Assembly (NCBI GenBank): GCA_017625335.1
Contig: JAGALE010000231.1
Span: 1-58,194 of the forward strand
DNA from: Lachnospiraceae bacterium
Lineage (GTDB): Bacteria; Bacillota; Clostridia; Lachnospirales; Lachnospiraceae
DNA length: 58,194 nt
Direction of reading: 5' to 3'
Below are positions 50,153-58,194 of this stretch, one piece after another. Position numbers and translations under genes: made by a program. Under the pieces are notes generated by a model, which was not told the DNA's origin, ran no database searches, and was given only the letters and a program-made list of their open reading frames with translations. Each line of letters begins with the position of its first letter. Within the stretch, counting starts at the first letter, position 1.

Positions 50153-53100
50153 ATGGATAAGATAACATATAAGCTATCCCCTTCAAGCTGTGTGGAGCAG
50201 TATTTTAGTCATCTCTGTGAGAGATTTCTTCTATACCAGGGTATCAAGTCAGGAAGTGCAAAGGCACTAGGCTTTGAGAATCCTCAGGGTACAGGAAGTG
50301 AGATTGCTGCATTAGCAGGTGAGGCATGGGAAGAGAAGCTGGCGAGAAAGCTTATAAAAGACGATAGCTTGATATATACCTTAGATAAAAAGACTGGTGG
50401 TTTTGCTAAGTTTAATACTGAGGAAACTATTAGTAAGCTTGTAGAGATGGTTGAATCAGTTAAAGGTGATAAAAAAACCAGATACCTATACCAGGCAAGT
50501 CTTAAGGTGACTGATAATTTTATAAAAGATTATTTTAGATTTGACAAAAGCTTGTATGATGGAACCTTTGAAGGTCTTCAGGTTGTTTTTTCCAGGACAC
50601 ATCCGGATCTTATAAGAGCAAGCGTTGATGAAGAGAAAAATCAAGTAGTACTATCTATAGTAGATATGAAGCTTGCCAAGAAGATGAAGGTGGAGCATAA
50701 GGTTCAGGTTACCTTATATGTGAAGCTGCTTGGTTATCTTGTGAAAGAATATAATGATGAAGCTTCTAATAATAAGCTACAGGCTGTAGTAGATACTAGC
50801 TACGGATATCTGTGGAACTATGGCCAAGAGCAGGAGACAGGTTTTTCCTTGCAGGAGACAGAGCCTTTATTAGAGGATTTTTTCCAGGATGTATTTCCTA
50901 GAGTTATAAATAAGCTAAAGGTAGCTATTGAAGCAGATGATAAGGAACAGCTACAACAAGTCATAGACACACAGATAATGGGTAACTGTGAATGGTGCGA
51001 AAATTATGGTCAGTGTACCAAAAGGCTTAAAACCGAAGGTAATGTGGCATTGCTACCTTACCTTTCAAGCTATGCCCAAGAGTATGCCAAGAGACTAAAT
51101 ATGCCAAAGGGTATAAGTGAATTTGTAGAGGAGATTGAAAGACCGGAGATTTCAGAAGCTCTATCAGCTAACAGAAGCTGGAGTCGTATTCTAAAGGACA
51201 AATCACTATTAGAGATACACCAGGATGCAGTACCATATACATACGATGATATGAAAAACGCAGGCTATAAATGGAAGGGTATGCGTTCTTTTGTTATGCC
51301 TAATTGGCAGAACATAGCTATTATTATCACAGCATAAAAGGATGTTGCAACGGGCAGAGTTTATGGATTAGGATATTACATAGGCTTGCGCAGAGAGGAT
51401 TTGGATTTACAGGAGCGAGTGAGACTTAATATAGCTACTGATATGAGTGAGGAAGCTTATGTTGATAATGCTATAACCTTTGTACGAAACTTGTACGGAA
51501 TGCTTAGTAATGTGGCTAACCAAAATGCTCGGGGGAGAAGAGATTCCCTACAGGGCTATGTTATGGATACCTATGAATATAACAATCTAGAGGAAATGCT
51601 ATATGATTTATTAGATAATCCTCTTACGCCTCAAGAGGATATGGAAAAGGTCATGGGGCTTTTGTTCTGGATGCAGGGAGAAAGATTGGTTACTGATAGT
51701 AATGCTCAGCCACATCAGGTAAGTGTAGCTCCGTTAATTGTTATTTCAAGAGAGATTAGAAAGCTTTTATCTCTTCCTATACCTATAGCATATAATCTTC
51801 GTAATATACAAAATACTTATAATGCCTGGGTTAACGAAGGGGACTTCTTCGGTAAGGAGGATACAGAATATTTTGGTCGAATAACAGATATGCTTCCGCC
51901 GGATAAAATACATGAGATTTGGAAGATAGAAGGTGAGGATCAAGTTAGTATAGATGCTAGAAATGCTTTGTTGGATAAGCTTAATAAGCATCTTACTAAG
52001 AGACTTCGCATAGAGGCGGCTATATTATACAAGCTACAGCAGGAGGATAGATCAAGGGCTAGAAATGAAGAAGAAAAATATCTTACAGGACGCCTGGATC
52101 AATTTACCCTTCCTGATGCAAACAATTCAAATAATCCTCTTATTAGAAAGTGGTTGTTTGAGACAAAATATGAGGAGCTACTTTCTTATAGCAGAATAAG
52201 AGGCTTAAGACAGCAGGAGCTTAATGTGGCTATAGAGTCAGGAGATATTCTTAAGCTTAGGGTGGATGATGTTATAGTTGAAAATGTATACAATGACTAT
52301 TGGCAATGTGATGAAGAACAAACCACCCTGGTATTCAACGTGGAAAATGCTGACAAGTATAAAAATGGTGAACCATGGTTTTCAGGACTTTTGTGCAAGG
52401 ATACACCTGAGGCCTTAAGGCAGATGTATAGCTTTGCAGATTGGAGTAATACAAGATTTCCGGGACCTAGCTATGAAAATTACACCGTTCTTAATTTTAT
52501 GGAATTTAAGAGGGTTGATGGACAGGTATTGCTACAAGGTAAGCTGCCTAATAGTAGCCAGTTTACAGTAAGGGTGGGGGAGACCCTATACCTGTCAGAG
52601 AGATACGCAGACTTTAATAGTGGCAAGGTTATTAATAATCTAAACAATATGGATAACGGAAATCACAGAGAGCTTTTAGAACCAGAGACTATTCTTAGAG
52701 AAATTAATAACCCTCATGCTGTAAATGATATAGAAAAAGCAATTGAATACAGTAAACAGATAGACGAATTTAAATTTACTGACTCACAGGAGAATGCATT
52801 TAGACATCTTGCCAAGTATAATCTTACTGTATTGCAGGGACCTCCGGGAACGGGGAAGACAGATTTTATAGCCAGGGCGGTTATAAGCCTGTGCAGATAT
52901 TTTAAGAGGGAAAAGGATTATAATCTTAGAGTGTTAATCTCTGCTAATTCTCATGCAGCTATAGAAAATGCTATTTACGCCATAGGCACTAAGCTTGGTG
53001 AAGGACAGGATATAGCATTGCTTAAGGCATCCAGATTTTCTCATGATCCAAATATAAGAACATATCGAGGTGTTAATAAGGTTGAGGAAAAGGATGTAGA

Positions 53101-54253
53101 AGCTACGTGCACCAGAGAAGCAAGGCTGGTGGTTGTAGGCGCAACTAGCTGGTCCTGCGATAAGATGAGAAATCTCTCCAGACCATTTGACCTTATTATC
53201 ATAGATGAGGCATCTCAGGTTAGGGTTATGGATGCTATGATAACCCTGTGCAAAGGTAGTGTTAATACGAGTAGGTATCTGTTGGTTGGTGATGATGACC
53301 AGCTACCACCAATCATACAGGGTAAATATACCAAGGAGCCTGACATTCCTTATGTGTATGGTTCTGTATTCAGATATTTTAGAGATCCAGGAATGCTATA
53401 TGATTTAGGTTACTGTATGATGCTGGAGGAAAATTTCAGAATGAATGACATATTATCCAGATATTCAGCAGAAAAAATATATGGGGAAAAGTACAAAGCC
53501 TTTAATCAGGCTATTGCCTCAAGACACCTTGAGTATCATCAGTCAGCTAGGCAGCATCTTCGTGATATGTCTGATGACACAAGAAATTATATAGAATATG
53601 TGTTAGATAATTTGAACTATAATAAAGATGATTATTGGCCACTTGTATTCTGTCATATAAAGGGTGGAAATGCTAAGGCACAGATAGAGGTGGAAAGATA
53701 CCTGGTGGCTGAGCTTACCAATATACTTAAGGAAGGTATTGGACATGGCCAGACATCTGACTGGTTCTGGAATGGAGATAATAGCACCGATGGTGCATAT
53801 GGTATTATATCACCTCATCATAGGCATATAGAAAAGCTAAAGGATTCCATAGCCACAAGAACCGGTATGGACAGAGAAGAGCTTTTTGTAGGAACTGTTG
53901 ATAAATTGCAGGGACAGCAGAGAGAGGCTATAGTAGTAAGCTACGGTATCTCTGACTTAGAGGATGCGGTGGTTGAGGGAGAATTTGTCTACAACCGAAA
54001 TCGATTAAATGTTTCTCTTACCAGAGCAAAATGTAAGACCATAGTATTTTTATCAGATGTACTTACCAAGATGCCTATAGAGCTTCTTTCCTCTGATGAT
54101 GAGGACTTACAAAAGGGAGCGGAATACGTATGTGGTTTCCTGTCATTTATGCAAAAAAACGAGGATGATAGTGAGACAAGTAATAGAGAGTTTACATTTA
54201 ATATTGAGGGGCAGGAGGTAACTGTAGAGGTTTACCGAAAGCGCCTGGTGTAA
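50153..54253 (+). pseudogene. Cas4/Dna2-like Fe-S PD-(D/E)XK nuclease fused to an SF1B (Upf1/Dna2-like) helicase, interrupted by one in-frame TAA at 51335-51337
   Basis: Both track ORFs are in the same frame and the gap is open (KDVATGRVYGLGYYIG); nuclease LCER, HPDL, VDMK, QVTLY, CEWCENYGQC; helicase GPPGTGKT, DEASQ, GDDDQLPP, TVDKLQGQQ, RLNVSLTRAK. Confidence 0.85.
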
Positions 54254-54278
54254 TAAATCACAAAGGAAGGTATAAGCT

Positions 54279-57200
54279 ATGAATAATGAATTGGCCAAGT
54301 TATTGTATGACATAATCAATGATTATCATAAAAGATATGGGCAGTCAAAGTACGATGAAGTAGAATGGGTTGACTATACTGTTATATTTTATGGACTATG
54401 TACATTCTTTTCAATGGATAAGGACGAGGTTATAACTAAAATTAAGACTCCTGCTATGGTTGAGGAATACTATGTGACAAAAAATGCGGTGGCAAGAAAA
54501 TTTGCAGATGGATTCAAAAAAAATAACTTTGATATGGATGAGATGAACAAGTTTCTCCACAAGTATTTTGGGATAGTTTATAACTCAGTAAAGAAAGAGG
54601 AGGAAATAGAGGAAGAGCCTAATCTTTTCTTTTCAATAGATGATATAACAATTATGTTTACTGAGGTTGAAAGTAGAGACGGCTGCGCTTATGAATACAT
54701 ATTAAAGATAGCAAGTTTATGTGTTTCAAAGCTTAAGGATTACTTACCTTACAGGTATATTATTGAGTCTTATAAGGATGTTATAGTCAGTGAGGTACAA
54801 CCCTATGAAAAAGCAAAAGAAAAATGCACTGCTTCAACAACAAAAACAATATCGGAGATAAGAACCTATCTAAAGGAAAACCTAAGAGAAAAAATCAAGG
54901 GGCAGGATATAGCTATTGATAAATTCGTGGATAGCTATATACGCTATAAGGTTAGAGGTGCTGAGCCTGGAAAACCGGCTGCGGTCAGCTTGTTTGCAGG
55001 ACCTCCGGGAACAGGTAAAACCTATCTTGCAGAAACCTTCACTAAGCTTCTTAAGGAAGAGGGCTACGCATATAAGAGATTTGATATGTCTGCCTACGGT
55101 GGAGATGGAGCTGATAACGTAACTGGTCTTGTTGGATTTGAGTCTACCTGGAAGGCAGCAGTTCCGGGACAGCTTACAGATTTTGTGAGACGAAATCCAA
55201 AATGTGTATTGTTATTTGATGAGATAGAAAAGGCCGGGAAGCAGGTTAGATTACTGTTCCTTAGTGTGTTAGAGGGTGCAGTGCTTAGAGATAGATATTA
55301 TGATTCTCAGATTTCTTTTGAGGATGCAATCATAATATTTACAACCAATGAAGGAAAGGAATTATATGAAGACAACTATAAAGCAAACCTTTCGGCTATG
55401 AACGATATGGTTGTAATAGATGCATTGAAGGATTCAGAATTCCCACCAGAGCTTCTTTCAAGATTCGCGGCAGGTAATGTGATTATGTTCAATCATCTTA
55501 ACTTTAGTCATATGATGGGAATCTTTAATGTTAATTTAGCTGATGCCATAAAAAAGCTTCAGAATGCAAATGCGGATTTTCAGTTTAAGTATGATGAGAA
55601 ATTGTTGCCAAAGCTATATCTGTTTAACAAAGCCGGTCAGGTGGATGCCAGATTTGTAAGTGCAAATGTAAAAAGATATGCGGAGGAACAGTACATTAAG
55701 CTTGTTGAGGTTGCCCAAAGTAAGGGAACTGATATAAACAGCATAAAGAAAATATCTGTGGCAGTGGATGTAGGAGATACTGTAAAGGAATATTTTAAGC
55801 AGAAGGAAAAGCCTAGAATACTTTGCTGCGATAACGGCGACACCCTTATGCATAAGAAAGAAATCCAGAAGTATGCCAAGGTGGAATGGGCTAAAAATGT
55901 AGATGAGCTAAGGGAAAAGCTTGATAGCTGCAATTGGAACAGTGATGACAGTAAGGATAAGTACCAGGCATTTATAATCAATCTTTTTGGACAAGATGAT
56001 AGCAATAAAAGCTATGTGGATACAGAGGGGTACAGATGCTTACTACATATAGAAAATGAATGCTTAGATGTACCTATGCTTGTAGAGGATAATATCTCTG
56101 ATGCAGACGCAATGAAGCTTGATCTGATTTCTAAGAATGCACTAAGACATCATGGGGTAACAGATTTTGTAGACGTATGTTCTAATGAGCTAAAGGAAGT
56201 ATTTGACAGATATCATTTTGTAAATAAGATTACTGAGCTTTCAGATAATAATAAGAGAATGAGTGCTGATATAAGCTATGAATATATTCCTAAGAATAAG
56301 GAGATGAAGCTAACATATGTTAATCCCCACATAGAAAAGGCAACGGAGGAATTAGCTGCAGATAGAAGCATGAACAAGAGATATCTGCTTGATAAAAAGC
56401 CAAAGGTTAGTCTTAAGGATATATTTGGTAATAAGCTTGCTAAAGAGGCGGTAAAGCGTTGTATAGATAATATTAAGCATCCGGAGAAATATACAGCTGT
56501 AGGGGCAAAGCTTATGAAGGGCATTCTTATGTATGGAGCCCCTGGTATGGGTAAAACTATGTTCGCAAAGGCCATGGCCTATGAGTCAGGTGCAGAGTTT
56601 ATATCCACCGTTGGTGCAGATTTTATGAAGGATAACGGTGTAGACAAGGTAGAGGAGATATTCAAAACTGCTCGCCGTAAAAAGCCTTGTATAATCTTCA
56701 TAGATGAGTTTGATGCTATATCTAAGCTGAGAGGACACATCTCCAATTATGAAGAAAAGGTTTTGGAAAAATTCCTAAAGGAGATGGATGGTTTAGAGAC
56801 TGATAATGATGGTGTGTATGTGGTAGGAGCCACAAATTATGATTTGGAAGGCTTAGATCCAGCTATTACAAGACGTTTTAGCTCTAAGATATATTTCCCA
56901 TATCCTAGCAAGGAGGAGCGTCTTCAGTTTATCTTACACATTCTTAAGAAAAAGGGCTTAGAGGGTGTTATATCAGAGAAGAAGGCTAAAACCTTAAATC
57001 TAATGATGTATGGAAGAATGAATAACTATGCGGAGATAGAAACCTTCTTCGAGGAATCCATTGCAGAGGCCGTATATAAGGGAATAGCAGTAAGTGAAAA
57101 ATTCCTTTTTAATCGTATTCATAATGATACTGATGGAGAGGCACGAAGCGAGGAAAATATAGAGAGATTAACTGCTGTTGCATTTCACGAGGCAGGACAT

Positions 57201-58194
57201 GCTGTTCTTCAGTGGCATTATGGACGTAAGAATGAATACGTTACCATTGTTTCAAGAGGTGGTTACGGAGGATATGCTATGGCTGATTCAAAGCTTCGCA
57301 CCAAGAAGGAGTTTTTGGAGCAGATAAGAATATCTATGGCAGGTAGAGCAGCAGAGCTTCTTCGTTTAAGTGGAAATAAAGATCAGGACGATAGTGAAAT
57401 CCTAGATACAGGAGCATATAGTGATTTGCAAAAGGCAACAAGCTATGCCTATCAGTGTGTGGCTCGCTATGGTTTTAGAACTAGATTTACTGTTGTCCCA
57501 AGCTGGCTTGCTGAAGAGAAGGGAAAATATCCTGAGGATGTTCTGTCTGACGAAGAAAAGAAAAAGATCTGGAGCGAGGTTGAGGATATTCTAAAACGGG
57601 AATGGGAGAATACCAAGGCTAACATAAGAGAGCTATTTGAGTTGGTGAAGGTGGTTGCAATATCTCTTATATACCTAAAGGAGTTAGATGGAGAAGCTAT
57701 TGAGAAGATAATTACATCCAAGGTTCCCCTTGTCGATGAAAGCTGCTTTGAGGATATAGATTTCGACTATGCAACTAGTGTTTTTGAGTGCAATGATGAT
57801 GATGAAACACAATGCTCATACGGCTTTCCAATATACCCTCGTTCTGTTATCAAGGTCAATAATTATGAGAATGACATCTATGATATAGGAGAGAAAAAAT
57901 ACTATTATGCTGTGAAGAGCGCAAAGGAAAGCTTTGGAATGTATGAGGATATAAGAGAGGCTCTTGAGGTAGCATATGTAAATGGGGCTTCATGCAGACG
58001 TTTTATAAGAAAGACAGCTGCTAAGGAATATCTTGATATGTTAGAACTGAGAGTATGTATTGAAAACGGAGAAAGCTCAGTGGGCTTTAAGGTAGATGCA
58101 ATGGATGAGATAAAGGAGCTTCATCAGGTGGATTATGAGGTAAGAGTACTTAAGAAGGAGAATGTACTTGCACTTAAAAAGTCAGCTGCTAACA
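54279..58194 (+). CDS. Soluble Clp-AAA / FtsH-AAA / M41 peptidase fusion, paralog 2 (runs off the window end; missing from the ORF track)
   Basis: ATG 54279 after AAAGGAAGG; hand translation MNNELAKLLYDII..., GPPGTGKT at 54999, GAPGMGKT, HEAGH at 57186, YYYAVK at 57900, all in one frame. Confidence 0.9.
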   Translation, partial: MNNELAKLLYDIINDYHKRYGQSKYDEVEWVDYTVIFYGLCTFFSMDKDEVITKIKTPAMVEEYYVTKNAVARKFADGFKKNNFDMDEMNKFLHKYFGIVYNSVKKEEEIEEEPNLFFSIDDITIMFTEVESRDGCAYEYILKIASLCVSKLKDYLPYRYIIESYKDVIVSEVQPYEKAKEKCTASTTKTISEIRTYLKENLREKIKGQDIAIDKFVDSYIRYKVRGAEPGKPAAVSLFAGPPGTGKTYLAETFTKLLKEEGYAYKRFDMSAYGGDGADNVTGLVGFESTWKAAVPGQLTDFVRRNPKCVLLFDEIEKAGKQVRLLFLSVLEGAVLRDRYYDSQISFEDAIIIFTTNEGKELYEDNYKANLSAMNDMVVIDALKDSEFPPELLSRFAAGNVIMFNHLNFSHMMGIFNVNLADAIKKLQNANADFQFKYDEKLLPKLYLFNKAGQVDARFVSANVKRYAEEQYIKLVEVAQSKGTDINSIKKISVAVDVGDTVKEYFKQKEKPRILCCDNGDTLMHKKEIQKYAKVEWAKNVDELREKLDSCNWNSDDSKDKYQAFIINLFGQDDSNKSYVDTEGYRCLLHIENECLDVPMLVEDNISDADAMKLDLISKNALRHHGVTDFVDVCSNELKEVFDRYHFVNKITELSDNNKRMSADISYEYIPKNKEMKLTYVNPHIEKATEELAADRSMNKRYLLDKKPKVSLKDIFGNKLAKEAVKRCIDNIKHPEKYTAVGAKLMKGILMYGAPGMGKTMFAKAMAYESGAEFISTVGADFMKDNGVDKVEEIFKTARRKKPCIIFIDEFDAISKLRGHISNYEEKVLEKFLKEMDGLETDNDGVYVVGATNYDLEGLDPAITRRFSSKIYFPYPSKEERLQFILHILKKKGLEGVISEKKAKTLNLMMYGRMNNYAEIETFFEESIAEAVYKGIAVSEKFLFNRIHNDTDGEARSEENIERLTAVAFHEAGHAVLQWHYGRKNEYVTIVSRGGYGGYAMADSKLRTKKEFLEQIRISMAGRAAELLRLSGNKDQDDSEILDTGAYSDLQKATSYAYQCVARYGFRTRFTVVPSWLAEEKGKYPEDVLSDEEKKKIWSEVEDILKREWENTKANIRELFELVKVVAISLIYLKELDGEAIEKIITSKVPLVDESCFEDIDFDYATSVFECNDDDETQCSYGFPIYPRSVIKVNNYENDIYDIGEKKYYYAVKSAKESFGMYEDIREALEVAYVNGASCRRFIRKTAAKEYLDMLELRVCIENGESSVGFKVDAMDEIKELHQVDYEVRVLKKENVLALKKSAAN

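Noticed and set aside
51335-51337. Stop-codon reassignment or programmed readthrough
   Set aside because: TAA terminates many intact genes in this window and no suppressor tRNA is present.
864-57721. Many short ORFs antisense to or nested in long genes in the ORF track
   Set aside because: Shadow frames of well-supported genes, without RBS or recognisable motifs.

Overview
AT-rich Firmicutes chromosome window, most like a Lachnospiraceae/Clostridia gut or rumen bacterium, spanning the replication origin. Core content: parS-parA-parB-serS-tRNA-Arg-ppaC, rsmG-mnmG, mnmE-jag-yidC-yidD-rnpA-rpmH, a bipartite oriC around dnaA, dnaN-yaaA-recF-gyrB-gyrA, split fumarase genes, three more tRNAs, Maf and a CbbX-type ATPase. 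Two accessory regions stand out. (1) At 12.6-14.5 kb, a cas-less 5-repeat/4-spacer CRISPR array with its own promoter lies directly upstream of an Rpn/YhgA PD-(D/E)XK nuclease gene, inserted where mnmE has been inverted out of its usual operon. All four spacers read as antisense to coding sequence, and one encodes the SSB motif IMMGRLTRDPE. (2) From about 40.0 kb to the window end is an apparently uncharacterised protease/ATPase/nuclease locus. It contains two paralogous ~1,370-aa soluble proteins (Clp-type AAA + receiver-like + FtsH AAA + M41 zinc peptidase + C-terminal RNase H1/viroplasmin-like nucleic-acid-binding domain), ClpP, a stand-alone RNAP alpha-CTD, a TM-less VirD4-like ATPase, three unknown proteins and a Cas4/Dna2-like nuclease-SF1B helicase broken by one in-frame TAA. 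Four of its promoter regions share a CGT-N7-ACG palindrome 19-20 bp upstream of a -10-like box. All assignments come from reading motifs by eye; no searches were run.
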